Notes: a model not told the origin generated them from the sequence alone. DNA of 64,000 nucleotides from a virus (IMGVR_UViG_3300036929_000011:11535-75534); one strand, 5' to 3'; shown: positions 1 through 8,833, numbered from the stretch's first letter. Program-made: numbers and translations.

Positions 1-299
1 ATCACGGTCGTGTGATGGAGCCCACCCAGTGCCTTGCCCGCTGCCGGGTAGCTCGCCCCGACTTCCCGTAGGAGCCACATCGTGACCGCCCGAGCTTCCG
101 CAAGCGGCTTCACCCGCCCGCCGTGTAGGAGCTGCTGCGGGGTGAGTCCGTAGTACTGGCACGCGGCTCGTACCCATGGGGATAGGGCGCGCGCCGGGGG
201 CTTCCTGACCCTGGCGATGCCTGCGACGGCAGCGTCAAGGCCATGGGCCTGGAATAGGGCGCAGAAGGTCATGAGGGCCTGATTATGGGTGGGGTCCAT
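1..299 (-). CDS. DnaA C-terminal (domain IV) HTH-like DNA-binding protein, partial (runs off the left edge)
   Basis: Not in the ORF track; manual translation from ATG at 299 gives MDPTHNQ...ACQYYGLTPQQLLHGGRVKPLAEARAVTMWLLREVGASYPAAGKALGGLHHTTV, matching the DnaA domain IV pattern (..YYgv...R..AR..AM.L.R...S.p.IG..lGgrdHTTV). Confidence 0.75.
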   Translation of the reverse strand, partial: MDPTHNQALMTFCALFQAHGLDAAVAGIARVRKPPARALSPWVRAACQYYGLTPQQLLHGGRVKPLAEARAVTMWLLREVGASYPAAGKALGGLHHTTV

Positions 300-309
300 C
301 GGCTACGCC

Positions 310-1071
310 TCAGAATGCCAGAGGCTCGCCTGTGTCTGGGTCGATGGGGGGTTCGGATTCGGTGGAGGCGGCGTCCTTCTTTGCCTTCCCTCGCTTCTGC
401 TTCGCCAGCATCCTCTCGACCTCGGGATGGCCTTTGCCGCCTCCCTCTTCCGCGTCATCGGCGTCTTTCTTGTTCTGGGCGTGGGTTGCGGCCACGTCGC
501 CAAGGGTAGCCGTCAGGGGCTCGTGCTTGGCCGAAACCTTGCCGCTGCCGTCGCACCCTTCGCACTTCACGTCAAGGGGTGGATTGCCCATCTTGGTCTT
601 GCCCGTGCCACCGCACTCCTCGCACTTTTCCTCCTCTGGCTGGCCCTTGCCTCCGTCCATCGCCAGCAGCTTTCCGGCCGGCTTCTGGGCCTCCAGGGGG
701 AGCTGGTATTCAGACGGCATCATGGTCCGCTTGCTGAACGTTTCCTTGGTGTCGAGCCTCGTGACCCGCACCTCGCCGTTGCGGTAGTCCGTGACCTCCT
801 CGCACTTCACCTCGCGCTCTTCCCCACCTGATTTCAGGATGCCGCGCAGCTTGCTCGTGATTCCTTCCAGGAGCTCGACGTCGGCCTTGATGGCGTCCAC
901 CGCAGCCTTCTTCTCGGATTCCTTTGCCTCGATCTTGCTGAGATTCGCTTCGAGGTCCTGGCCGGCCTTGGCTAGCTCCCGGTCGCTGAGCTTGCAGAGA
1001 AGCAGCCGGGGCACGGTCTTCTTCACGGCCTTCTGGTCCTTCGGGTCCTTGGGTTCTTTGGTCTTCTTCAC
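310..1071 (-). CDS. phage hypothetical protein with coiled coil and DnaJ-type CxxCxGxG zinc-finger pair
   Basis: GTG start with GGAGG RBS; CEECGGTG and CEGCDGSG motifs; lies downstream of promoter motif copy 1. Confidence 0.7.
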   Translation of the reverse strand: MKKTKEPKDPKDQKAVKKTVPRLLLCKLSDRELAKAGQDLEANLSKIEAKESEKKAAVDAIKADVELLEGITSKLRGILKSGGEEREVKCEEVTDYRNGEVRVTRLDTKETFSKRTMMPSEYQLPLEAQKPAGKLLAMDGGKGQPEEEKCEECGGTGKTKMGNPPLDVKCEGCDGSGKVSAKHEPLTATLGDVAATHAQNKKDADDAEEGGGKGHPEVERMLAKQKRGKAKKDAASTESEPPIDPDTGEPLAF

Positions 1072-1098
1072 GATGTCCTCCAGTCGTTTCTGCGGTCG

Positions 1099-1124
1099 TA
1101 TTGTTGATCTTCGTCGGTCGTTTT
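1099..1124 (-). promoter_or_regulatory. phage promoter motif copy 1 (AAAAC-N10-GATCAACAATA)
   Basis: + strand TATTGTTGATC 1099-1109 and GTTTT 1120-1124; 27 nt upstream of the 1071 start. Confidence 0.75.
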
Positions 1125-1129
1125 TCGGA

Positions 1130-1636
1130 CTATTTCCACCGCCAGGTTGAGAAGCCGCCTTTCACCCCTGACCATTCCAGGAGCACGATGTCCTTCGGGT
1201 ATGGCGCGGACTCTCCCTGGAACGTGAGGCGCGGCGATATGGCGATGACGTGCGCTCTGGCGTGCACATGCAGGGCGTACCAGTTGGACCCGACTGCCGC
1301 CGGAACGAGCATGAAGATGCGCCCTCTGCGGACTGTCCGCGCGCACTTGCTCACCCACGGTTCGATGTCCGCAAAGGGTGGATTGAGAAACATGTCGCAG
1401 AAGTCTTGGCCAGGGAGCTGCGACCAGTCGACCGCCAGGGCGTTCTCGGCGATCTTGGACCCTGGCCCGAGGTGGTAGGTGACGGAAGCCATCTCAAGAT
1501 TGACTCTGTTCTCGGCGGTCGCGGCCAAGTCATAACCCCACACGGCCACGTGAAATTCGCGCGCGACGGCTCGCAGGAACTCCGGAGGCGTTCGGTAGTC
1601 CTGCCGGCTCTTGCCCGGCTTCTGAGTAGGTGGCAT
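1130..1636 (-). CDS. dam: phage DNA N6-adenine methyltransferase (Dam-like)
   Basis: QDYRTPPEF, DLAA, FLNPPF catalytic motif, MLVPAAVGSNWY, PRLTF; true start ATG 1636 overlaps the upstream stop. Confidence 0.85.
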   Translation of the reverse strand: MPPTQKPGKSRQDYRTPPEFLRAVAREFHVAVWGYDLAATAENRVNLEMASVTYHLGPGSKIAENALAVDWSQLPGQDFCDMFLNPPFADIEPWVSKCARTVRRGRIFMLVPAAVGSNWYALHVHARAHVIAISPRLTFQGESAPYPKDIVLLEWSGVKGGFSTWRWK

Positions 1637-1887
1637 CACCCAACCCTCCTGAGCGCGACCTTGACCCCCGCCTCGCGCAGCTCTCGTTCCCGCTCCTGCA
1701 AGGCTTCCCTGGCTTGGCCCTGCTCGGCTAGTAGCTTGTCCAGCTTGTGCTGGGCCTCCATCACGTCGACCTCGCAGTGATCGACCCAGGCTTGCGCGGC
1801 TGCCCGGGCGGCCTGCATTCGGGCTAGGTCGGTGGGGCTGAGGGGCCGTGGGCTTTCGTGAGGCTTGATGGCGGTTGCTTGGTCCAT
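1636..1887 (-). CDS. hypothetical coiled-coil protein
   Basis: ATG 1887 with AGGAG RBS; stop overlaps the dam start. Confidence 0.6.
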   Translation of the reverse strand: MDQATAIKPHESPRPLSPTDLARMQAARAAAQAWVDHCEVDVMEAQHKLDKLLAEQGQAREALQERERELREAGVKVALRRVG

Positions 1888-1889
1888 GG

Positions 1890-2147
1890 TCAGATCTTCT
1901 CCTGGGTAAGCGGCTGTAGCTTGCGCAACCAAACCTCGTAGGGGCCATCGTCCCCGAGCGACGGGAACCGCCCTTCTCCGAACGCCTCGACGTCATCCCT
2001 GTCCAGATGCGGGCACTTTTCCTGCGCACACGGGATAGCGGCCACGTCTTCCAGCAGTTCGATGCTCGCGCAGATTCCCTTCCCGCAGGTCCCCCAACAC
2101 CACGCCTTGACCTGCGGCATCTGGAAGATCGCGAATAGCTTCCTCAT
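1890..2147 (-). CDS. hypothetical Cys-containing protein
   Basis: 85-aa ORF translationally coupled to 2147..2932. Confidence 0.55.
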   Translation of the reverse strand: MRKLFAIFQMPQVKAWCWGTCGKGICASIELLEDVAAIPCAQEKCPHLDRDDVEAFGEGRFPSLGDDGPYEVWLRKLQPLTQEKI

Positions 2148-2932
2148 CAGCCGGCTCCCTTTTTCTCATCGGTGGCTAGCTCGACTGTCGTTCTCTCAGC
2201 AACCGCCATGGTGAACCACCATATCCACTCGTTGTGCCTCGCCAGCCATTCCGACAGCAGAGCGGTCCTACGAGCAAGCTTGGTCTGCGCCTCGTCGCGC
2301 GCTTGCTCCGCCTTCTCCGCGCGCTCCCGCAGCTCGTCGCGCTCGCGGCAGGCTTTGTCGTACGACGCCTGCGTGACCTGCCCGGCCTGCGCTTCGGCTG
2401 GGGCCGGCTGCTCGGTAATTCCTTCCGGCGTCCCATCGCAGTTGAATCCCAGCCCCTCGCACGTGGTCAGGCACTCTCCTCCCTCGGCCTTGGTGCGCAG
2501 CTTTCCGCACTTCGCGCACGGGTATTTCGCTTCGGCCTTGGGCTCTGCCACCGCGGGCGCTGGCGTCCGCATCAGGTCGGGCTCTCCGATGTTGGCTAGG
2601 TGAGCGCGCACCTCGGCCAGCTCGTTGCGGGCGCCGTCGCGCTCGCTCTCCAGGTAGGCGATCCGCTCCGCATCGGCCTGGTGCAGTCGCTGGTAGTCGT
2701 CGATTCGCGCTTCCGCCTTCTCCACGCGCTCCCGCAGCTTCGCCGCTTCCTTCTCGGCGTCTTCGCAGTGAACTTGCGCGCGAGCTTCTGGCGACGGCTT
2801 ACCTTTGGTCCACGGGTCGCAACCGCAGGCCGGGCACCTGACGCCGCCGCGATCGCTGTTCCACTTCGTAATCGCAAACCACGCCACGCAGTTCTGGCAG
2901 ACAATCTCTCTCGTCTCGACTTGGATAATCAT
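2147..2932 (-). CDS. hypothetical protein with CxxC zinc-ribbon motifs and coiled coils
   Basis: CQNC, CPAC and CAKC motifs; heptad-rich segments. Confidence 0.65.
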   Translation of the reverse strand: MIIQVETREIVCQNCVAWFAITKWNSDRGGVRCPACGCDPWTKGKPSPEARAQVHCEDAEKEAAKLRERVEKAEARIDDYQRLHQADAERIAYLESERDGARNELAEVRAHLANIGEPDLMRTPAPAVAEPKAEAKYPCAKCGKLRTKAEGGECLTTCEGLGFNCDGTPEGITEQPAPAEAQAGQVTQASYDKACRERDELRERAEKAEQARDEAQTKLARRTALLSEWLARHNEWIWWFTMAVAERTTVELATDEKKGAG

Positions 2933-3031
2933 CTAGCCCCTCGCTCGTTGTAGTTTCGCAATCGTTCGCCGCGCCCATTCCGTCAGGCACAGCAGCGCGC
3001 CGACAACGAGGAGGGAGAGGGTGAGCTTCAT
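2933..3031 (-). CDS. small hydrophobic protein (32 aa)
   Basis: Manual translation MKLTLSLLVVGALLCLTEWARRTIAKLQRARG; fills the gap with an ATGA overlap. Confidence 0.45.
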   Translation of the reverse strand: MKLTLSLLVVGALLCLTEWARRTIAKLQRARG

Positions 3032-3273
3032 CGTGAGCACCTTGCGCAGGTTCGGCCAAGAGTTGCCATCGCTACGACCTCTTCGTCAGCAATTCGCTCG
3101 CTCATCCGATTGCACTCATCCATGACTTCCATGAACGTAACGAACGTCTTCGTGGAGGCGTCGACAATGCTACCGGTCGACAAGTCCATGACGACTGGAC
3201 GGTACCGGCTCACCCACTTGTGCAGCCCCATCCAGCACAGTGCCCGGCCAATCAGGCGGCTAAGGCGGGTCAT
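3028..3273 (-). CDS. hypothetical protein
   Basis: ATG 3273 (MTRLSRLIG) with GGAG RBS, ATGA-coupled on both sides. Confidence 0.55.
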   Translation of the reverse strand: MTRLSRLIGRALCWMGLHKWVSRYRPVVMDLSTGSIVDASTKTFVTFMEVMDECNRMSERIADEEVVAMATLGRTCARCSR

Positions 3274-3638
3274 GGCTCCCCCTCCCCGGTGTAGTGCGCT
3301 CGGACGCCGTAGGTGAATCCGTCGATCCACGCTCGGCGCTGATTCTTCGCGACGTGCGGCCCGCCGATGATGACCGAGTCCAGCTGGTCGAGCTTCTTCT
3401 TTGCTAGGTCTTCCAATGGCGCCGTGATGCCATTCTCAACCACGAGGTGATCCTTGGTGCGAATGACGAACAGGTTCGCCGTCCAATCGAAGCCCGCGGT
3501 GGCGCTGACCACGTTGCTCATGTACGCGGTTGGACACCCTCCGTTCCCGGTCTCGACGACGACGCGCAAATCATCGCACCGATTCGGGTGCCGATCGCAG
3601 TAGCCGATCAGGATGTCGCGCAACTCGACGGCGGTCAT
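3270..3638 (-). CDS. hypothetical protein
   Basis: ATG 3638 (MTAVELRDIL), ATGA overlap with the upstream stop. Confidence 0.6.
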   Translation of the reverse strand: MTAVELRDILIGYCDRHPNRCDDLRVVVETGNGGCPTAYMSNVVSATAGFDWTANLFVIRTKDHLVVENGITAPLEDLAKKKLDQLDSVIIGGPHVAKNQRRAWIDGFTYGVRAHYTGEGEP

Positions 3639-3874
3639 GGCTTCACCGGACCTTCCGGTAACTCTGCCCAGTGGGTTGGCTGGTGCTTGCGCTGCCAGGT
3701 GATGCCGATGTTGCAGCCGTCCTCTCTCTCCCAATAGGGACGATGGCGCCGCGACAACCTGTCATAGTTCCACTCTCCAACGGTACACTCACCGCTCAAC
3801 ACCATCGGACACCATAGTAGGATCCGCCTGTCCTTCGGTGCCGTAGCGATCGGTTTCCAGTCCACTTGCGTCAT
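3635..3874 (-). CDS. DUF551-like phage protein
   Basis: WKPIATAPKDRRILLW...PTHWAELPEGP pattern. Confidence 0.75.
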   Translation of the reverse strand: MTQVDWKPIATAPKDRRILLWCPMVLSGECTVGEWNYDRLSRRHRPYWEREDGCNIGITWQRKHQPTHWAELPEGPVKP

Positions 3875-5097
3875 GGTTTCACCGGCCTTGCTGTGCGCTC
3901 AGTTCCGTCCGCCCACGTCTCCAGCGCCATCAGTGGCTCGTCATCTTCGAACACGATGCCTGTCTCGCGAAGTGCGTGGTGCTCTCCTTCGTGGCCTTCG
4001 ACCTGCTGGCATGTCAGGCCCTGCCTCGATACTGACTGGCATCGTGCGGGAAGCCTCACCGCCTGGGCTGCATGCTCGGACGCCAGCGGGCAGTTCCTCC
4101 CCGTCTTTGCTGGCTCGTCGTCGCGAATCTGCGGGCAGTCCTTGTGCCAGCAATCACCGTCGGGAGTGGCGTGGCATGCCTTAGCTGCGGCTGGCTCGAC
4201 CCGCTCGGCTTCACCAAAGAAGATGTCCGCCGGGTCACTGTGGCAGGCTCGGCACAGGTACGCGTGTCGCTTCTCGTCGTACAAACATGGGCCGCCTCCC
4301 TGGCACAACTCGCAGACCCTGCGCCCGTTCCTGAATCCGTTACTCGTCGCCCGGCCCCCGTCCTGTGCCGGTGCGGGCTGGGCGGACTTCGCGGCTCCAC
4401 CTCCTAGCAATGCGTTCCACTCTGCGCACAGGTCACCGCCGACAGTGCCGCACCCGTCGGAGCCCTTGGACGTCGCGTAGATTTCGCGCAGACGAAGCAG
4501 GGCAACCTCGCAAGCGCGCAGGCGGTTCAGTTCGTCGATGGTGGCGCACTGGGCGCGTTCGGCCGCCATGGCCGCGAGTTGCCGTAGACCAGCGTTCTGT
4601 TCCTCGACCCACGTCTTGCTGCCTGGCGGAAACGGAGTCTTCGTCCATTCATCGACCAGCGCATCCACGTCGATGGGTGAGTTATCTCTCGGACGCTTCT
4701 CCACGCCAGCTGTAGTGTGTCCAAGGAAAACCCCGCTCCGAAATGCATGATCCCCGTCGTGACCCTCCAGCAGGACGCATCTCATGTCAGGATCCGTTGG
4801 GTTGGCCCAATAGTGGGGGCACTGGGATATTTCCGGCGGACGTTTCTCCCCGCAGGCCGGGCAGTAGTTGTCGAGTTCGTCGAGCGTTCGTCCGCAATGG
4901 GTCCAGCATTTCATGGTGGTCTCCTTCTCAGCTCGTTCCTGGGTCCTCGGTGTATCGGTCGCTGCAAATCCCGCCATGGTCGCGCAGTGGAAATCCGCGC
5001 CTTGGGCACGTGCCAAGTCGAAGGCGGCGTTATGCTTCGCCCAATCTTCGCAAGCCTTCTTGCGCACCAGAAGCTCCTCAATCGGAGTGGCGTTCAT
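3871..5097 (-). CDS. large mosaic Cys/His-rich hypothetical protein
   Basis: Start ATG 5097 overlaps the helicase stop; contains CPAC, CGxxGGxxC, CELC/CRAC and two C-x4-GH-x-G-x-H motifs. Confidence 0.6.
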   Translation of the reverse strand: MNATPIEELLVRKKACEDWAKHNAAFDLARAQGADFHCATMAGFAATDTPRTQERAEKETTMKCWTHCGRTLDELDNYCPACGEKRPPEISQCPHYWANPTDPDMRCVLLEGHDGDHAFRSGVFLGHTTAGVEKRPRDNSPIDVDALVDEWTKTPFPPGSKTWVEEQNAGLRQLAAMAAERAQCATIDELNRLRACEVALLRLREIYATSKGSDGCGTVGGDLCAEWNALLGGGAAKSAQPAPAQDGGRATSNGFRNGRRVCELCQGGGPCLYDEKRHAYLCRACHSDPADIFFGEAERVEPAAAKACHATPDGDCWHKDCPQIRDDEPAKTGRNCPLASEHAAQAVRLPARCQSVSRQGLTCQQVEGHEGEHHALRETGIVFEDDEPLMALETWADGTERTARPVKP

Positions 5098-7037
5098 GAG
5101 TCCCTCCCGTCTTGCCAGTTCGGCGGCCCGGTCCATCGGGGCGGGGGTTCTTCGCCGTCTGGACTTCCGGCCGCCGCTTGCTCCGGATCGTCCTTCGTTA
5201 CACCAGTGTACTGCATGATCTCTGCATTCCACTTCACCGCAGCAGCGCCCTTGGCTCCGTTTCGATTCTTGCGCACGATCCACTTGTCGATGTGGTTCCT
5301 AAGCTCTTCCGGGGTGGCGTCGGCGTTCAGTTTTACGATCTCGCCATCGTCGTCGCGCGGCTGCAAATAGGGGAAAATGATCAGATCTGCCATCGCCTCA
5401 ATCTCTCCGCTGTCGCGCAGGTCTGAGGTTTCCGGCTCTCCTCCTCGCTTCGCCGCTTCCCTATTCAGTTGGGCCAGCAAGAGAACAGGAACACGTAGAT
5501 CCTTCGCGAGCTGCTTCACCCGATGGCAGAAGCCAGCTACCTCGCGATTGCGATTCTGAGAACTCTCATCCGACCGGATGAGACCGAGGTAGTCGATTGC
5601 AATCAACCCTGTTGGCTTTCCGGATGCCTTGACCTTCTTCGCGTACCAGAGATGCGCCTGCTCTTCGAGCTTCGTAATTGACACCATCCGATCGTCCAAC
5701 GTCAAGAGAAGCTTCTCCATCCTACCGTTCGCTGTGACGACATCGCTCCACCGCAAGCTTGCGTCGTCGAGCTTGATTTCGTCCGAGAACAGGTGGACCG
5801 CCGGCACTCCGGAATTCTTCGACAGGCATCGGATACCGATGTCGATCCGATCCATCTCCAGGGAGAAAAACAGGCTTGGGACTTCGTGCTGCGCATTGTG
5901 AATCAAGATGTCCAACGCTGCACTTGTTTTCCCAGATCCGGGCAAACCAGCTATGACGGTCACATACCCGCGTCGCATCTTGTTGGTCATCCGATCAACC
6001 GACTTGATGCCGAAGCTGAGCGTGTTCTTGCTCCTTCCCTCCTTGCGGTCGATGATCTCTTGCATGACCTGCGGAAAGAGATCTTCCGCATCTATGGGCC
6101 CGTCGTCGATTGCAAGCGACCGGTTGATGCAATCCATGACTGCGGCGATGCCATCCGCCGCGCGGAGATCGTTGAAGTCGCTCGCCCCCTCTGGTCGGTT
6201 TGCCGAGAACTCCGGAATCGCCACTACACCGCCAACCTCCCTCGCAGCTTTCTCGGCGGCAGTCTTTCCAGGATTCCCCTTGGTCGCGATATCGTCGTCG
6301 GCACAGATGACGAGCTTTGCTGTCGGATATTTCTCCCGAAGCGCGCGCGCTACTGCAGGCAAATTGCCACAGTCGAAAGCCACCGCCACGGCGTGACCGA
6401 TCGCCTCGTGGATGCTGGCCGCGGTTGCGTAGCCTTCGGCAATGCATACGACCTCACCGGGTTCGCCAAGCATGAACCAGCATCCAGCTTTGCGTCCCCC
6501 TGCTAGGAACATCTTCCGGCCATTGGCATCGATGAATTCGAGCGAGTGGATCTTGCCCTGGGAGTCACGGACGGGCACCACGAGCCGATCCTGATGCACC
6601 CGTAGACCATACGATTTGACCTGCTTCTTGCGCAGGTACGCGTGGTCGGAGCATTCCGTGGCATTGCTCCAAATCTCGTCAGCCCTGGCCGCAGCTTCCT
6701 GCCGAACCTTTCGCTCTTCCTCATCCCTGGCGGCCCGAGCAGCGTCCAATCTCCGCTTGTGTTCGGCGTTCTCGTCTGCCGAGATTCGTTTTAAGTCCAC
6801 CGCGCAAAACGTCTGCCAGTCCTTTTTGTCGATCGTCCAATTCCCAAATGCACCGGACGGGATCCCGTCGGAGTGGTACACGTAGAAGCCATACTTGTTT
6901 CCTGGTCGCTTGCTGTCGAGATCGATTCGTACGAGCTTCCCTGACCCGTCGATGCTTCCAGGTGGCACAAGCCCAGCTTCCCGAAGCTTCTCGCGAAATT
7001 CGTCCTCTGCCTTGAACGGGTCGATGTTCAGCGTCAT
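5094..7037 (-). CDS. primase-helicase fusion: P4-alpha/TraC-type TOPRIM primase plus DnaB-like SF4 helicase
   Basis: TOPRIM IAEGYATA...ADDD; Walker A GLPGSGKT, FSLEM, IAIDYLGL, LLAQLNR, DLRDSGEIEAMAD. Confidence 0.9.
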   Translation of the reverse strand: MTLNIDPFKAEDEFREKLREAGLVPPGSIDGSGKLVRIDLDSKRPGNKYGFYVYHSDGIPSGAFGNWTIDKKDWQTFCAVDLKRISADENAEHKRRLDAARAARDEEERKVRQEAAARADEIWSNATECSDHAYLRKKQVKSYGLRVHQDRLVVPVRDSQGKIHSLEFIDANGRKMFLAGGRKAGCWFMLGEPGEVVCIAEGYATAASIHEAIGHAVAVAFDCGNLPAVARALREKYPTAKLVICADDDIATKGNPGKTAAEKAAREVGGVVAIPEFSANRPEGASDFNDLRAADGIAAVMDCINRSLAIDDGPIDAEDLFPQVMQEIIDRKEGRSKNTLSFGIKSVDRMTNKMRRGYVTVIAGLPGSGKTSAALDILIHNAQHEVPSLFFSLEMDRIDIGIRCLSKNSGVPAVHLFSDEIKLDDASLRWSDVVTANGRMEKLLLTLDDRMVSITKLEEQAHLWYAKKVKASGKPTGLIAIDYLGLIRSDESSQNRNREVAGFCHRVKQLAKDLRVPVLLLAQLNREAAKRGGEPETSDLRDSGEIEAMADLIIFPYLQPRDDDGEIVKLNADATPEELRNHIDKWIVRKNRNGAKGAAAVKWNAEIMQYTGVTKDDPEQAAAGSPDGEEPPPRWTGPPNWQDGRDS

Positions 7038-7999
7038 ATGAACTTCACCGGTGTGGAGCGAGGCTTGGGTTTCTCCTCGCCGTTTCGATCCGAAACTCTA
7101 GGTTTGGGCGCGCACTCGTGGAGCTCTTCCCGCAGGTCTGGCCATCCACGCACGATGCACCCAAACAAAAAACCGACCTTGACCATGTCCGGATGTGTCC
7201 ATCCCTGAGCTCCATCCTTCACGTGCCGGCACGCCAGACGAATCGCCGGTTCTAGGTCTTTGCAATCCTCCGGGGTCATGGAGGACAGCCACGATGCTGC
7301 CTTTTCGACGTCAGACGCCTGTGGCTGCGCAAATAGCTTCTTGGCCCCTCCGATGGTTTCAGCCCTGATCGCCAGGTACATCGAGACCACGTTGTAGGGC
7401 GTCGGTTTCCCGTACTCGTTGGCTGGTGGTACTACGTGCTCCGTACCACACAGATCGCGCGCGAGCTCTCTCTCTTGTTCCGGAGTCCCGGAGTCCCGGA
7501 GTCCCGGAGCGGCTTTGCCCGTACAATCGGGCGCCGAAGTGGGGGTAGACGCCGGTTTGCCTGGGCAATCGGGCGCCGAAGTGGGGGTAGACGCCGGTTT
7601 GCCTGGGCGTTGCCTGGGCATTGCCTGGGCATTTTCCTCATCCTCACCATATCGCTTCGCCGGTACCCAGTTTGCCGGGGCAGGAAGTACGCTCTCTCGT
7701 TCGTGGTGGTCGGGACGCTGGTATCGGTGGAAGTGGGAAATCTGGATCAGCTTCCGTCCCTCATGATCGACGTACCGAATCACGAACCCTCGTGATGCGA
7801 ACATATCCAGCATGGACCCGACGTCGACGCTGTCACCTGGGAAGACCTGACCCTTGAGAAAGAGAGGCCGATCCTCAAGGCGTCCCTCCTTGTCCGCGTA
7901 GCACGGAAGGTAAGCCCATAGGACGCGGGCATCCATGGGAAGACTGGCCACGTCCTCATCCATGGGGGCGCGTGGGTGAATTGCTCGTATGCGGGCCAT
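7034..7999 (-). CDS. phage replication initiator (replisome organiser, lambda O-like position)
   Basis: N-terminal ARVLWAYLPCYADKEGRL...LKGQVFP pattern typical of phage initiators; directly upstream of the helicase; internal repeats. Confidence 0.7.
   Translation of the reverse strand: MARIRAIHPRAPMDEDVASLPMDARVLWAYLPCYADKEGRLEDRPLFLKGQVFPGDSVDVGSMLDMFASRGFVIRYVDHEGRKLIQISHFHRYQRPDHHERESVLPAPANWVPAKRYGEDEENAQAMPRQRPGKPASTPTSAPDCPGKPASTPTSAPDCTGKAAPGLRDSGTPEQERELARDLCGTEHVVPPANEYGKPTPYNVVSMYLAIRAETIGGAKKLFAQPQASDVEKAASWLSSMTPEDCKDLEPAIRLACRHVKDGAQGWTHPDMVKVGFLFGCIVRGWPDLREELHECAPKPRVSDRNGEEKPKPRSTPVKFI
7480..7630. repeat. iteron-like repeat cluster, candidate replication origin
   Basis: CCGGAGTC x3.75 (7480-7509); exact 42-bp tandem duplication (7524-7565, 7566-7607); TTGCCTGGGC at 7557, 7599, 7610 and 7621. 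Confidence 0.7.
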
Positions 8000-8002
8000 T
8001 CG

Positions 8003-8329
8003 TCAGCCCTCGAACTTTCTTAGGTGGCACAACCGCCAAAGTTCGTCCCAGTTGCGCACAGAGTGGGCTCGCTCGATCATCTGGCGCAGAGCGAACAACG
8101 TGGGCCCGCCGTCATCCTGCACCGCATGTTCTGCTTGATGGCATGGTTGGCAAAGCGTCTCAAGATCGAAGTCTGGGCAATCCCATGGACGCAGGTGATA
8201 GCTTCGGTGGTGGACGACCAAAGTTGTTTCGCGGTCGCCGCAACGAATGCATTCGAAGGCGTCGCGCTGGAAGATCTCCAGTCGCTTGCGCTGCCACCGA
8301 GGATCCTGAAGGTCGGCCTGGTAGCTCAT
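8003..8329 (-). CDS. HNH endonuclease family protein
   Basis: DPRWQRKRLEIFQRDAFECIRCG...VHHRSY...LETLCQPCHQAEH. Confidence 0.8.
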   Translation of the reverse strand: MSYQADLQDPRWQRKRLEIFQRDAFECIRCGDRETTLVVHHRSYHLRPWDCPDFDLETLCQPCHQAEHAVQDDGGPTLFALRQMIERAHSVRNWDELWRLCHLRKFEG

Positions 8330-8541
8330 GCTGCTTCCTCCTTGATTCTCGACGGCCGCGGAACCGCTCCCAGGACGCCCCCACAGCGCGGGCAGCGCGC
8401 GTGCATGGCGAGGTGGGCAGCTCGACACCTCCGGCACCAGCGCACGCCACCGGCGTCGTTGCAGACGTCCGCTACTAGGGTAGCAAGAGCGTCCGTGCCG
8501 TGGTTACAGCGCCGCTTGGACTTACCGTCGCGCCGTTTCAT
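8326..8541 (-). CDS. hypothetical small Cys-rich protein
   Basis: CRRC and CPRC motifs; ATGA-coupled to the HNH gene. Confidence 0.45.
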   Translation of the reverse strand: MKRRDGKSKRRCNHGTDALATLVADVCNDAGGVRWCRRCRAAHLAMHARCPRCGGVLGAVPRPSRIKEEAA

Positions 8542-8559
8542 GGGGAGACCTCGCGGAGC

Positions 8560-8753
8560 CCCGACCCCACCGCCTGGTTTGGGTCAGGAGGGATTTCGCT
8601 GCTGCAGTTGGCGGCGGGGTCGGGAAAAGTCGTCACGCCATCAACCGTCGGGCTCGACCGCGCACCGTTCACACGCTCAGCACCCGAAAGTTGCTTTAGG
8701 ACCACCGGGGGTGGGGTGCGTTCTGTGCGCGATCGATCTCGACGGTTGATGGC
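8560..8753 (-). ncRNA. candidate structured RNA (two long hairpins)
   Basis: 29-bp stem 8637-8665/8725-8753 and 15-bp stem 8560-8574/8610-8624; each stem has a mismatch that becomes a G-U pair on the minus strand; overlaps low-complexity ORF 8538..8759. Confidence 0.5.
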
Positions 8754-8833
8754 ATGCATGGTGATCCTAAAGCGGGGTCAAATCTACGCCACTCGCAGTG
8801 GCAAATAAAGGCCTTTCTGGTTGGGCGCGGCGG

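Noticed and set aside
1130-2029. ORF-track long starts (1130..2029, 3871..5283, 11610..13424, 25198..25950, 32736..34172, 45983..47014)
   Set aside because: The extensions overlap real upstream genes and lack an RBS; shorter starts with RBS or stop-start coupling were used
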